The position numbers and the translations under genes were made by a program. From Bugula neritina (lineage: Eukaryota; Animalia; Bryozoa), in NCBI GenBank assembly GCA_964035545.1, contig OZ037767.1:24940628-25004627 (forward strand): 64,000 nucleotides of DNA. The letters run 5' to 3'. Position 1 is the first letter of the stretch; each line of letters starts with the position of its first letter. This document shows, piece after piece, positions 32,477 through 48,200 of the stretch. The notes below the pieces were generated by a model. It was given only the letters and a program-made list of their open reading frames with translations. It made no database searches and was not told where the DNA came from.

Positions 32477-35417
32477 TTTATCAGCTCCTGTCAGGCTCAG
32501 CTAATAGACTATCTCCAACATCAGAAAGGCAGGAAAACAGGATAGACTGTGCTTCATACGTAAATATTTGCCTGAATGTATAAATCTTTCTAATATTGGG
32601 TCTTCATTATTGCATATCCGACACCTGAATATACAATATCTAAAAGACGGATATGTACAAATGAACACACAGTATTTAAAAATCAATAGCTAGCAACTAT
32701 AAAAAGACATATAAATAATGGGATTGTGTAATGATTATGTATATATATTTGCCTGTGTATCAAAGATTGCTTACATGAAATGCTTCTAAGCTGTGGAGGG
32801 AGTTTTTTAGTTTTCGAGTAAACGACTGATGGTGACTCCTGTGAAAAACCTTAATCTTTTAGTCATTCGTGTTTTGTTGCATATTATTATACTGCTTGTA
32901 GGTCATATCCGCCATATCCTGACCTTGGAAACACTGGTGGGGGGGGGGGGGGAGGGGGGAGAGACTATTTATTTAGAGAGAGATTGACGCATTTTAATTT
33001 CATTCACTCAATATTTACATACAGGCGTAACAGAGTATCATGGTCCACACCTTCACAATAGAAGAAACTTTATATATTTATATATTAATACATATTTATA
33101 TTGTATTGCACTGTATTCTATGGCTATAATATTTATACCATGATGCATGATAATAAAAGTGGTTGTATATAGGCCTATTATTATATATGCAACGAAACAT
33201 CAATATATGATATATTGGGGTTTTTTGTTCACCTATACCTCTGCCATACATTTTCTAACTTGATCATTAAAGCAGTCTTAAAAAACGCATCCTTGCTCTT
33301 ATCATATCAACAAACTCCCTGTATGTCAGCTATTACAAAATAAGCCACTGGTTATGTGTTAGTATACAATTAATATCAGATGTAGCCATTACTGTCTCTT
33401 TATCAGCGACAAGCAGATGTATCATTTTTAAAGCATAGCTTATCACAGTATTTTGAAAGGCTAGATATCTGCACCCCATGGAGTGTTAGATTTGAAATTA
33501 TAAATAAAAAGATGGATTAATTTAACTGAATTGAATTTACAGCAAGTCAATGACAGTAACCATGCAGCAGATGAGAGAGAAAATGTTTCATAGTACTTTG
33601 TATATACCTTTTAATAAACTTTATAAATTGTATCATATTATATTGAATAAGCTTTGAATCCTATTTAGTTGAAAGTTTGAAAGTTGAAGTATCACTTCAA
33701 AAGGCAAATGTCCATTGATTATTCATATATTTTATTAGACACTAGTCTAAATATTATTCTAATATCTACATTTTTCTCATTACTGTATATATCTAATTTG
33801 CTGCCTACTGAACTGTCATTCTCTCTTGAATACTATTTCCACGTCAGCCTTTTGTGTTTGTGCTACTTACAGAAAATGTCACATTTGCATCTTTTCCTTT
33901 TTATATGTGATTAGTTTTTCTATACTTGCTTCCTATTCATAACTTACAAAAGAAATTTATACAATAAATGAAACGGAAAAAGTTTATTGTAGAGAGCTAG
34001 CTTGGGGAACTGGATTGAAATATTGTAACAAAATAACTTAACCAAGCCGTAATGTTTAATCAAAATATGTGATTTGTAGGCCAGTGTTTGTAGCAAGTAT
34101 AGCAACAGTTACCCCATCAATGCATCAATGAATTAATAATGTTTTAAAGTATGCTGACTCCAGACTCTTATAGTTTTATACGTAAAAGTTTATTTGTATG
34201 AAAGTTCAGCATTGAATTTATAGCAAATAACTTGTTGAAATAACTTGTTTATAGCAAATAAGTTTTTTGTATGTGCTCAAATGCTTACTAACCTCTCTGA
34301 AATAGAAATAAGAATCTATGTTTTTTAATGACTTTTTCATGTAGAGTTCAGTTCTAGCTTAGTAATTCCTAGCTTTCCACAGCCACAGTTATTATTATTC
34401 GCATATATTATATTATGATTGTTTTAAAAATATATTATAGTAATTTCTAGAGCCGAATTCAGTGAAGTGAAGCTACAGCGTGGTAGTGCCCAGCAAGTAA
34501 AATGAAATTCTGAGTAGCCAGAGGCTACCAGAAACAAGCTATAACGCCACAAAGGTTTGGTATATTGTAGTATGTGGTTAAAATACTTCATTCAATGTAA
34601 TGTTTAATATTGCTAAGTCTTATTATATTAGCTCAGAAGCATATTTTGCATTGTAAAGGCGTGTATGAATGATTTACCTAATCAGAAATAGGTATCCACT
34701 GGTCATATGTAAAATCTAGCCATCAGTGTCATACGTAAAAAATTTTGGAGTTTACCATTGCCCAGCTGCCAGAAAACCAACTCAATTCCTTATAATTATA
34801 TCAATATGGTTATATTGGTCAACATAACTATGGAAAACTGTGTGGGGCTAATGAAGTTTGGATTTCACAATATTAAAATATCCAAATGAGTAAATGAGTT
34901 AAGTGAGTTTTTATTTATCACATATAAAAAGTAGCAAAAACAGGGGGGGGGGGGCTACTTGGAGTGTGTTCTGTACTACACAAGGCTACGCCTGATCTAT
35001 TCAGGATACTGTTGAGTGCAATTAGCTGCTACAGCCAATAAGGAGAGGATAACCACACTCTTTAACAAAAGTTTAAAAACATTTTAGCAGTTAGATAGGT
35101 AATAATAAGTCCAACTAGAGACAGCGAAGTTTATAACAATAACACTGTATGAATTTGTTCAAAATTAAAAGCCGATATTGAAAAACACACAAAAAAAACA
35201 TTAAAAAGCAACGGAAATAACGCAAAGTTTAAAGCAATGAGGGCTTTATTTAATACACATAGAAAATATGACTACAATCTGGATGACAAATTTATTTAAG
35301 AATATTATAAAAATTGAATAACATAAGTTATAAATTACAATAAAAAACCTATCGATAAGCAAAAATTCTCAACTGTAGTTTTAGAAAACTAAAATATTGC
35401 AATTAGCAATGAGAGAG

Positions 35418-38400
35418 TTAGAGGCCCTGTACTGAACCCAAATCTATACAGATTGGGAATTGCTGTTCCGAGACGGTAGAGCCATCAGTGCTGGTAAGCA
35501 GAGGGGTGTGGTGCAGTCTCACACAGACCTGTAGGAACAACCATACAGGTAAATTAGACTTCTGATATATACATTGCAATGTGTGCAGCAAACAAGTGAG
35601 CAAATAGCAAGAAATAACTCTAACAGTGTGATAGCCCATCAAACTAAACTTCAGCCACTTACTTTAGCATTGCCTGCCAAGTCACCAGGAACATTGACTA
35701 AGCATTTGATACCAATTTTACTCCCATGGTTGTACTCCAGAAGTCTGCAAGAAACACAAGTACATAAGATCATATGCAGGTGCAAAGCTAACAGGTTACA
35801 GAGCCACTTTCTTTCATTGACTCAAAGGTTTGATGAAAATTCATCAGATTTCCAAAAAAGAACAAAAGCTAGTCTAATACTTCCAAATGTTTCAAAAAAC
35901 AACATTTTGTTCAACTATATATAATATCTTGAACACAACAAATGTTAGTTTTAAAGTTGTATAGTCCTTAAAACTGATATAGGTGAAGGCTCCAGAAGTT
36001 ATAGACCTAAATTTACTACCTAATATATATTTTAAAGTGAAATAAAATCCACAAAACAAACTTCTTTTAAGACAAAAGTCTATATAGTATGCTCAAATCT
36101 TATTTAAGATGCAAATATTAGTCTAACAGTGAACTTACACAACTTACACAACAATACAATCAGCTTCAACTAATAAACTCTACAGAGCAAAACTTTTCTA
36201 ACATTCACCTTTCTTTCTCCGGATCCGTCTCTATAGAATCATCGAGAGAGAAGGCATCATTCTTCGGCTCCAAAGAGAACTCCACGTCACTGGGAGTTGT
36301 GATCTCACAGTTACTTCTCTGGTTGTCATTATCTGAGACTAACTTGAAGGTGCATTGACTAAGCTGATCAGGGTTACTCACACTGAGTACAACCTCACAC
36401 TCCTGTTAAAGTGAAATCATATGATTATCAATGTGGACTCTCAGTACAACTCAGTATAAATGAACAAACCATTTCATATATACAAGACATGCATACTATA
36501 ACTGTACTACATTAGTCAAGGAATAAAAAGGAATTCAATTGTTTCAGTCTGTGCTTTGATGGATTTTGTACTGCAGCATTGCTTAGCAACTAAACAAAAA
36601 AAACTTGTTTGCTGGTTTTCATTAGAATAATTTGAGCTAGTTGTAAAAAAGTAGCAGTACTGCAAAGAGCACTGTAAACACTTAAAATAGCAAATTTCCA
36701 CTTTAATAAATATTTGTATATACTCATATAATTATATATTGAATAAAGCAATATGAAACTTTGTGAAAATATATTTTGACATAACATTTATTGATTATAT
36801 TAATATCAGATTTCACAGACCAAAGCCAACCTGAAGCACACGAATAGCAAGCCTTACCTTCCCAGCTATTAGGCTATATCCTGGATGAATGCGTACTTCA
36901 GGAAGCTGTAATCTGTAAATGTCAACGTGAAACTTTATACTAGGAAAGATTAAATGAAAAACCAAACTTTCAGCTACTTCAAAATTATCCTGAAAAATCT
37001 TTATTCAACGACCACACATGCCAAATGTGTTTTATACGTCTAAAACTTACATTAACAATTGTATTTGAACATTCATATTACAAAACGAATGAAAGAAGAC
37101 TTACTGGGCAAGAAGTTGTATCTTGAACTTAATATTCGAAGTGCTGAACTCAGGCTTGCATAGACTGTGGTCACATTTCTAGTAATAAAATCATTTAAAC
37201 ATAAAATAAATCATGGTAGAATTTCTTATAAGAAGTATTAGCAGTCTAACTTTTTTCACTTCTACCAAAAAAATTGCATTCACAATGATGGGGCTACACG
37301 CAGACCAACCACCTAACCTGTTGGTCTAAGAGCTGTAATTTAGAAACATTTCATGACAAGAACTCTGTCAGTTTTCAGTTGCTAAACGACATAATTGATG
37401 ACGAGGAATAAAGAGCTAAGGCTAAGTATAAAGTCTCTCTCCGACACACCAATAACCAATGACAAAGCTGCTATCTAACATTAACTTCCTCACCTTGCAT
37501 CTGACAGACTTTTTAATAAGTAGCTGTTTTCTCAAAGGCTTGAGTTGAACTGTGGCTGCTGGCTGATTCTTGACGTCTCTAAGTCTCTGATCAAGAGTCG
37601 TCACTACAATCACATCCATGTGTGAGTAGAAAACTCCTGATTTTAGCTCAAAGCAAAAATCTGTATTCAAACAGTTTTTTTTGGCAAACTAACTTGAAAA
37701 AGTAAAACTAATGCAGCTAATTTACATTCGGACATCATTTGGAAATTGCTTTTCTGCTACAACACTTTCATTTTAGTTACTATAATACTTTATATGATAA
37801 TCAGCTACTTGTTTTCTACGAAACACTAACCATTGGATAAGTCCAGAGGTCGAGTGAAGTAGTCATCTGGAAGAGCTTCGACATCACTTGTAGCTACAGA
37901 CATGACACTCTGGAGGGCGTCAACAGCCGATATGTTGGCTAACTGTTTAGATCTACAGAAGGAGCACCACTAATAATCATACCTACTATATTACATAACC
38001 TCAGTCTTGCTATGTGTCAGAAACAGTCATATTTCTAGATTAATCTGTCAATTGTTATGTCTAAGAAAAACACAACTTACATGATACAAAGTGAACCAAG
38101 ATATGAAAATGCAACATTGTGAACATGCATTCACTCACATATACAATGGGCAAAATAAAAATTAATTCATATTCATTCATTGCAAATTAACAAAAAATAA
38201 ACACAAGTATAAAAAAACATTGTAAAATGATGTTCAACATTCCAAAAGCAAAAGACTAGTCACAAAATCATTGAAAACATAAAACCCATCTCAGCCAATC
38301 AACACTGACCTATTCAGCGCTGACATTCCACGAGTACCAATAGACAAACTCGATAAAAATGAGCTCGAATCTTCTCGAATGCCCAAAGCAGCCATTGTCT

Positions 38401-40579
38401 TTCTCTTGCTGGTCTGTGAAGCCGACTTCTTAGCAGTTTTCTCCGTGGCGTCTCGCAATGCTATCACCTGATACGCTTCCTTCAGCTGCTTAATAACAGC
38501 CTGCTCCGTGTCAAAAAATGAATCGTACAGAACTGCAGAGAAAAAATGATAAACGAGTTTAGATTTAAAATTATCAAAACGACTTACCACTTAATTTCAA
38601 CAAATTATAAAATGATCTTTTGTATGCAGTTATTTGGTAAATAAGAAGATCAGGCAGCAACGGTGAAACTTTTGGCTGGAAGTACACAACAGTTACAAAA
38701 ATATCAACTTCAATATAGAGAATATTCGTGAATATTATAAGTGTTTGGAAGATCTAGCTAATAGAGGCTTTTAGAGAGGTGGCCTGGGCACCTGCAAGTT
38801 CTTGTTCTTCATATCCAGCATCTTTAGTTGTCCAGTAACAGTTTCCACACGACAGGAAATACTTTTTAGCAGGTGTGGCAGGTGTGGTAGGTGTGGCAGG
38901 TGCCTAAGAATGTAGGAGTAGACAATATGAAATATATTTAACTAAGGTCATGAGTCTTCAATAAACATATATTGCATGTGTATAGAGTAAATTCTTGATA
39001 AATAGCTGTTTGGTTAGCAACCCTAGTCTATGTTTTTCTTAGTCAACATAGTAAAAGCTTTTATGGCTAAGAAAATTGTGTGATCTCTTAGGAAAAAAGT
39101 TGTAAGATTCTGAAGATAATAAATAATACATATTATTATAAATAGGAATTGAAAACACATTACAATACGGCATCAGAAGGGCCCTAAGAATGTCTAGTTC
39201 CAGTATTAGCTACAACTTCATCACAGTCTAATATATTGTATAACAAAAAATGAGAACCTAGCATTGAAAATAACTATCATGTAACTCCTTTAGGAACAGC
39301 CTTGGTATTTTAATCATCAACAGAGTAATTATTTTTCTTTTAATGAATGCAACTATTTGTACGCAGCATGGTTGTACTGACTACAAGTTTAACTAAAGCA
39401 AGAAAATCATATTTAGCCTAAAATGAAAGTTGAGGTAAACTTCAAAACAGTATTTCATGTAGCAAACCTTTCGAAAATTGCCAATGCATAAACTACTTTA
39501 CCTTATTTATTCATGTATTTTAAACAAAAGATTTCAAGGAATAACGTGGTAAATATTATGCACATCTAACATCTTGTAAGCAACACACACACACATGTAA
39601 TGGTAGTGCAATGATAGAAGCACAAGTACCTTTTCAGTAGATTTTGGTGATTCCTCTGGCAATGTGGTGACAGCCCTGAGAGCCAGAACAGACTGGCATG
39701 AGGGACACTCAAAGCATTTCTTACATTTCATGTAATGGAGTTTAGCCTCAGGAGCCATGTGTGATTGCAAACATTGAGAGCAGAAGTACACATCAGCCTG
39801 TAATTCAGTGTGTATACAGCAAATTGTAATCCCACCAAGCGAATTATAATGTATGTAAACCTTTGATAGATATTGCTTGCGGCCACATTTATGTAACACA
39901 AAAAATTTAAAGCTAGGTTACGTTTAATAAGCAGTTATTATTTAGCAGAAGCTTTTGATAGTGTCCCTATAATAATTCTCTAAACTAAAAGCAAGAATTT
40001 TTGCCATTTTCCTGTAGTCTTATGGTATAATTCCTTGAAAAATATTGCTTTTCAAGCAAATAGTACTTTATAAAATATGATGATCTAGTTTAGAATAGTT
40101 ATAGAGATGTTATTTGCTAACTGAAAGATTGGCTAACAAGAAAAAATTTTAAGTTAAATTTAGTTGATAAATAGAATTGCAGCATTATTCAATGCTAAAT
40201 CAACATGACTGTATTTAACTGTAAAACGTCATGATTTTGACTTGAAAATGCGTGAAAGCAGCTTATTTGCAAAACTTTATTACGTTCACTCAAAAAAAAA
40301 ATTGCTGCACAGTTGTATTCAGCATAAACTATAGTAAAGCTGTTCAATTGCTTTCAACAATTTCAAAAATTAATGAAGCAATCGACTTATATTAAAGCCT
40401 TTAAGTTTATATGCAATTGTGTTGTCCACAAACTAGTAGGGTAACAGTACCTCATGCTGAGTACAGTCTGCACATCTCAGAGCCAAACAATATCTGCAGT
40501 AATAAAGTCTGCACAAGGGATATGTTGAGCTACAGCTACACTCATACAGCACTCGGTCTACATTTAATAGAAATGCCAT
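35418..40579 (-). CDS. DCTN4: Dynactin subunit 4 (p62)
   Basis: MAFLLNVDRVLYEC...PLCRLYYCRYC...CTQHE / YFCSQCL...EAKL...CKKCFECPSCQSVLALRA / KKYFLSCGNCYWTTKDAG match the p62 Cys-rich N-terminus. About 11 exons run down to ...ICIDLGSVQGL*; internal exon boundaries are approximate. Confidence 0.88.
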
Positions 40580-42287
40580 TCTATCTGCAAAATAAATTCT
40601 CCTTATTAATTTCATATTTATACGTTTCCAAAATACCTGCCAGCATTCAAGATGTAAAGATAGAATTAGAAGATCAAGATGAGCACTTGAATTATCATTA
40701 TGAATAGAAACGCTAAAATACTTGAAAACCGTTGACTGAAAATCTAAGTAGCTGTTTGTGATTACAACTTGAGCAAGTCACTATGCAAATATTCATGATT
40801 ATCAACATAAACTTAAACTTAAAGTTATCGCGAGCCTTGGAGTCCTAAGTTTCATTCTGATAGTGATTCTACATCAAATTGAAATTTACTTCTACTTGGT
40901 TGTAGGTTTAGATTGTATGATAGACAATGCTAGCATAAGTACCTATTGAAACTTGCAACAATACTTATAACTTATAAATATATTATTATTTACAGTATGT
41001 TAATTACTAAATTGGGACTAAGAAATTTTAATAGTACTACTATTACTAAGTAGATACTTACTAGTTACTAGACTCTTATTATCATTATGAATAAATTTAG
41101 AATTTAGAGCATAGTCCAAATTGTCAAACTGTATTAAAGAATCTATCACATGTAATGCCTGCAATATATTTTCGTGCATTGTCAAATACACATACAAAAT
41201 ACGCTTCAAGAATCAATTATAGAGTTGTCTTTTTTCTGTACTTGAACAACTAGAAAATGATTAGTCAAGAGAAGTATGTTACATGAGAAAATAACTGCCC
41301 ATGTAAGTGATGTGCCTTGTAACCGTCTTTGATTTGCTGTCGGCGATCGTTATTTGATGGGCAGCTAAAAGGGGTTTTCTGGCTGTTTCCGGTTGACATA
41401 AGACAGCTGACAATAATATAAATATTGAATATCAAAACATTAACTACAACTCAAAGTGAAAGTAAAATAACATACAGTTATTATATGACGTTCGTTGTAT
41501 AGTATTAGTTACGCTTTGCCAACTTATGATATTGACTTCGAGTAAGACATTGTTTTTCTAATCTTATCTCTATTGTAACATTATGTTTGCGGTTGACGTT
41601 GTACTTCTACGACTACTAGTACTAGTACTGTAGTAGTACTAGTAGTCTAGTACTACTATTCAGTACTTGTACTTGTAGCCACCATGACCATTGTCATTGT
41701 GATTGTCAATTGACATTGTGACTCAAATTGTCAATTAATATTAGTACTCTAGTATTACTGTAAGTGTAAGTGCATCTCACAGTCAGGCTGTAAGTGCATT
41801 AATATTTTATTAAAATAATATTTATATTATGATTATCATAATGATAATCATAATCATTATGATTATATTATGTATGTAGTGGCTAGCAATATTAGCACTT
41901 ACAGTAACAGTAACTCTATGTCTAACAGAGCATTTTTATTTTTACATTATCATTATGAGTATAATAATCATTATGATTAATAATATTAATATTATGATTT
42001 ATCATTTTAGTTTAACAATTACAACACCAAGCTCAAGTTAAAGTACACTAAAAGTAAAAGTAAACCTATTTTTGCATCACCAGTCATCACTAGTACTTAA
42101 GACTAAATCTTCAGGGTTACACTTACGGTTACTGTTAGTACTGAGTACTCACTTTCACTATGACTATGAGTATCAGTGTAGGTATTAGTTATTGCTTATT
42201 GATATCACTATCAGTACAAGTATGATTGATAATCAGTATGATTATAAACAATTAATTCCTTCTTTAGCGTTTTGACGACAAAATCGA

Positions 42288-45200
42288 ATGAGTCACCGTA
42301 GAAAAGAGTCTGATGCGCCAGAATTCAACCATGAAGATAATAAACTCACAATTTTCCTTGAGTCATTGAGGTTACATTTTCGGTTGTTTCTGGTGAAACT
42401 GCGACAATTTTGGTACCACACTGACAGCTCGGGTAAAATGGAGATAACTAAAAGACTTCTACGAACCAAACAAATACTGATTTTTATCACCTCTGGTTTG
42501 TTCATCTTTGGCACTTCATGGTAATTAAATACCTAATATATCTGTAACCTTACAAAATAGTGCGTTCAGATCTGATCGTTTCTTTTTTGCAATAAACTGT
42601 GAATTATATTCCAAACTCATCTGACCAATCAAGCTCTATTTATTAAAAACATTTTTCGAATGATTTGGTGATGCTAATGTTTGAAATAGGTCATATATAA
42701 ACACATATACTGTACGATATTGTATATGCTCCATATTTGATATCAACAGGTTTGCCAGTCACCCGGAAGTGCACCCGATAGTGCCTGAGTATCACAGAGT
42801 CGTATCTGTACCAGTTATTGAGCCGTTCCCGTATGAAACCAGGGAACTACTTGATAAGTTTGATCTGCAAGCCGACTCTACTATACTTACTGAGTCGTTA
42901 GAGGCGGCCGACATGATGGTATTGGTTCTTCCCTTTTCTAGACTTTCCTAACTACATTTTTTGCTGTGCACTTTGCTTCCTACTGCTTTAAAGAAAAACT
43001 AAATTGTGAAAGATCTCAAAGATTAATAGCCTTTTTAAAAATGAAATTTATTTTGATCTGTCTGATGTTAATATAACACTGCAAGTTAGCTTGTGTCTCT
43101 ATTATACCTAAGTTTATGATGATCTCGCACTGATTGCATCTTTTATTTTAAACAGTATTTTCAGGAATTTGAAAAGCCGACTTGGCAGCTGGAGTTCCCT
43201 TTTTGGGCAAACAAAAGTTTCCCGGCCATTGTTACTGCTGTCTTTGATACTGATGGCTTTGAGCGATTGCTGAAAATGATATTCACTGTACAGCAGTATG
43301 CCCCTGAGAATCACCTGGCTATATTCGATATGGTCAGCTCACCTTCCAGGAGAGAGGCCAAAAAGAGTATTGGAGAATTTAAAACTAGAGAAACGGTATG
43401 TACCTTTTAAGAAATTCTGGTTTCTGGTTTGTTTAGGGATTTTTGGAAAATCTTACTTCGAGTATAAGAGGTTCAGATAAAGTTTTAACTTTGGAGTTTG
43501 AAACCGCCTGATATGAATAGCATCCTGATAGTATCATAATAAAACACAAACTTTGTAGAGGATATTTTAAGCAGTTTGTTTTTCTATCTTAATAAAACTC
43601 TATGATGCTTTGTTGAATTAAAAAAGTAAATTTTATGTTTTTTAATAAAACCAAGCTAGCACCTAGTCAGTGTCAAAATGCCACCATATCTCTCTGGAAT
43701 TGTGCAATTATGCATTTTGTGATTACCATGTGTGTTAGCAAGACTTATGCAACTAGAGGTTTGAAAAAAACTACATTTTTTGCCATAGGTCTGTGATTAA
43801 TCGCTTCTTGCGTTCCAGGGGTTTTAAATATATGTCAAAAATAATAAAATGTCCAGTCTCTGTTATCTAGTGATAGCTGCAATAAGTATTACAGAAATTC
43901 AGTTATATTTATGAGCAATACAAGTGACAAGGATCACGGGTCACTGTAATTAGAAGGTGTTCCTGGTCAATGTTTAGAAGGTCAGCCATTTGCCACAGTA
44001 GATATAATTGTTTGTGTCTAATTAATGGAGCATTTAGTTCATCTAGGCATAGGATAGCGTTGGTTTCTAATATTCTTCTAATGCTGTTTGCAGGGTGTAG
44101 TTGCAATAGCTTTCTTTTTGCCATGTCTTTTAGTAAGTTCTTGAGACTTTGCTTTGCCACTGTCAGTTTTACTCTTGCTGTATGAAAGTACATTGATACT
44201 AAACTCTGTACTAAAGTTAATCCTTGTTGGTTCCACTGTGAATAGTCGGGGTCTGAACTAAAAATATTTCATTATGAAAATATTTCAATGTTTCTAAAAT
44301 CAAATTCTGGTAAATATATTTCACATACATTAAATCACTATTAAATGGTAAGCTTTGTGTAGGATTTGCAAAGTATTTTTTCGATCAGCTTTAATTAATA
44401 TTATTTAAAGCATAATTTTATGTATTACATAAATACTGAAAAGTTGAAGGGTTTGTTTAGATTCATAAAACTATAGCATGAATATAAGTATTATGATTGT
44501 TGATTTTGTTCATGACTGGGAAACTCATTTCAAATACGGTGCTACCTCTGTATCTCACTAAGCTGCAGGTTCTAAAATCTCAATTCGGGACATAGTAGAA
44601 TACCATCTTTAACTCACAGATCTGGTAAATTCGGCAATTATGTCCCTATACACATACATGTGCCACAAAACAGGGGTCCAAGCCCTTCTCATGACCTATG
44701 GGATTTTGTGAGAAATAGAGGGAGCACAGTATTGGTAAATGAGTTTCTGAAATAGATTATATTTGAGATGTTAGTGAAAGTGGAGGCCAAGCACCAAGCA
44801 CTGTGTCCGAGTTTGTATTACATTCACTTAGTATGTGGATGTCTCACCTTATTATTAAGTGAATAGCGTTGTTATGGGGACTGAATATGGTGGCTCTGAC
44901 ATATTCTTTATCTATTTTCTCCTGCATGTCTTTTCTTCTTAGAATAGTTTTGGCTTGATTGTTAATGCAGCCCTTGCCTATTTCGTTCTCATCAAGTGTA
45001 TTGTTTGTTGAAAAAGTATTTAATCTTGTGACCTGGTAAATATATTTTTTTTTTCAACATGGTGTTATGTTTAAAGCACTTTTGTAAGACAATAATTGTT
45101 TACACAGTTGATCATTGTTTTGGCAAAGTTTTGATAGATGTTGTTAAATTTGCAATTGTTTTTTTTATTTTGTGTTTATTATTGCTGAATTTTTCGTCAA

Positions 45201-48200
45201 ATAGATGCCGAAGTTGTAAAAACTGTTCTGTTTGGTGTAGTCATTCTAATAACAGATTTGATTGGCCACATTGTCTAGATTACATTTTCTGCCGAACTAT
45301 ACTGGCAGTACCTGATTATTGTGTTCTCTCTTTAGAGTTGTGTCCTCATCTGTAACTCTCAGCTCTGTAAGTTCTGTGATTACTGGCAGATTCTTGATAA
45401 TTCCTTCATCATTTAACTTCTCCATCTTACATTTTGTTATGATTCCTGGGGTTTTTCTGGACTTGTCCTAAATAATCATAAAAATAGTTTTACTTTTACT
45501 TCAAATAACAAGTGATTGGTTGATAATGTTTGTTGAAAAAGGATTTTGGAGTCTTTTTGGAAGTTACATAACCTAGAAGTTAAAAATTAAAAGGTTATAA
45601 GGAGTTGTTGAAAAAAATCCATTCTGCAAAATAATTTCAGTTACATCATGCATAGTTTTGCCAGTTTTCCTAATTGATTCTGTAAGATAGTTGCATATTG
45701 AATATTTTCAGTATCATTGACCACGTGTTTCATTATGTAAGAGACAGTTATATCTGCCCCTTTCAATAAAAATAAAAACTTTAAAAAATTTGCTAGAAAT
45801 AAAGTTAATAAATGTTTTCTATTGGTGGGATTTCAGCCAAACTGATTAAGGGTTTCATGTCGTTGCTCTGAATGTATCACCCACCTACCTCCATCTTCAC
45901 TTCCTTGTCACCTCTGGGGTTTGTAAGAACTGTGTAAGCTACTCCATCATTATTTCTGCTATTCTTGTTGAGTTGTTTACTCCGTATTGGAATATGGGTC
46001 ACTGTTTCCTGTTCGCCATTTAGTCCATAGCTGAACAACCTCACAGCACCATGTGTCTTTGTATCGTGGAATATGTCCTCATAGTACATAGTTTTAGTCT
46101 CACCTTCATGAAAATAGTTAAAAGATGTTTTAAAATCTTGTGATTTCCACATAGTTGATTATATTACAAAATGCGTACATGCCAATATTTTCTTGTTTTT
46201 ATTTTATCTGTTGAATTCAAATTTATTTCAACTGTTAATTCAACGATGTCCATCATCATGTAGAAGTTTTGAATCGGCAGCAAAATGCATTAGATTCAAT
46301 ATGTCAATACTGTGCAATAGTTTTTGCAACTTTATCATTTACTCGAAGACTTGACTGAATGTTAAACAGTGAAAAAGTTTAACCATGAAATCTATGGTTA
46401 GTTTATTTGGTGAAAATTTCATGATAGAAAATTATTTAAAGCATAGTCATACTGTTATGTAGTACCATTCCCGTGCAAGAAATATTTCACTTGGCCAAGT
46501 TTGCTTCTGATCGAATTGCAAACGTTTTCTGTTTTGTAGATTTTTGTTTTATTTTGCTGTAATTTTCTATGTAAAAGTTTAACTTTCTCAGTTCTTCTCA
46601 GTAGAGCAACTCTAGTAGGCTGCGTGTCTACTGCGTCTGTTGTAAGCAGTGGAGTAATCTTCTCACATCTCATCCTGTTGTATTTAAATGTTGATTAATT
46701 TTTAAAACTTTTCTGTCACCTACTTATTATAATAAAAATACAATACACTTTATTGCTAGTTTCTGTTTAAAAATTTGAAATATTTTTCAAGAATTTGGTT
46801 TTTTACGTTTTTAGGCTACACAATTGGAGTATTTTTAGTTTACAGTATCATTGCAATACTATCTCTGAATACAAATTTAAAGCTCATATAAAATAGGTTA
46901 ATAAAATGTGCCCGAAAGTTTAAAGCATTGCATTTGTGTAATAATATAATAATGTTTAATGCAATAAACAGAGTATATTATAACTAAATATATAACATGA
47001 ATTTATATAAAATATTGCTGTCAATAGTTTAACCCAAATTAAAACTTGAAAGTTACAAGGTTTTTTTGTAAAATTATTGAGCATTTACACATGATTTGTG
47101 GCAGAATTTCAATTTAGCTAAAACACAACATTGTGTGTTATAATTAATAATTAATACTACTTGTTGTATATGTAAAATTATGCGCTTGTAGGTTATGTTT
47201 GGAGTTGTCTCCCAGCCTATTTGACTAACATGGTGCTCTATTATATCTATTAGTTCCCATGTGCTATACAGCTAAATTGTATGCGCATGCCGTTATATTA
47301 TATTGTAGTTAGAGACATATTGTAATCTCACTCAAGTTTGCTCAATTCATTCAACATCCCCTTTTTCACTCCCACATATACCAAAGTATATCTCCAGAGA
47401 GGCGTATGGTGCCTACAAACCTATATTTATACAGGTAAGACTAAATCATATTTTGAATATTTCAGCTTGGTACCAAATACTGAACTTTATGAAAATGTAA
47501 TGATTTTATTTGCCTTTATGATGTCAGAACAAGCTAACAACCATGATTGCTCCTATGTTATGTTGAAAACTCTCAAACCATTTTGCTGTGAGAGGCAAGA
47601 TGGTTTGGGAAAACCTTACCATTAGGAGATCTCACAGGGGTGGAAATCTTAAATAAAAGGGGGGTTGAAAGTGTAATAAATTAATGTATGGCATCCAATT
47701 TAGTAATTTTGCGAAATACGCTCAATGGTTAAGATCATTATTTAGTTAGGAAATCAAAGTAATGGCATTATGCATTTTTGGATTACAACTTGAATCATGT
47801 TGAAAAACTGATCCATCATTTATGTATTAGTTGACGAAAGACAATTGGGAAGATCGTTTCACCTCTAACGTTTCTTTGCTCTATAGAAAACGCTAGAAAG
47901 TTTACTATCATCTTCAAATATTTTGTAATATTGATTCAATTATAAGCTTGATTAAAAACGTACTTGATTTTTTCTACCAAGTTTTTTCATAAATCAATTA
48001 TTTTTTAGTTTGTAAATGTTACATACAACCTTTATATGCGTAGAAAATATTAAATGAGTTTCCCATGGTACTGTGGATGGACTCGGAGGGTTTCGTGTGG
48101 CCGACAGGTTTACAGAAAGTGTGGAACAGAACTCGTTTGCATCGAGTCAGCACCTATCAGCTGGCTAACAACTGCGCTGCCTCCTCATATACGTTCAAGA

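Noticed and set aside
32936-32960. G-quadruplex or regulatory role for poly-G/C runs (also 24803-24816 and 34942-34954)
   Set aside because: Simple homopolymers with no supporting context.
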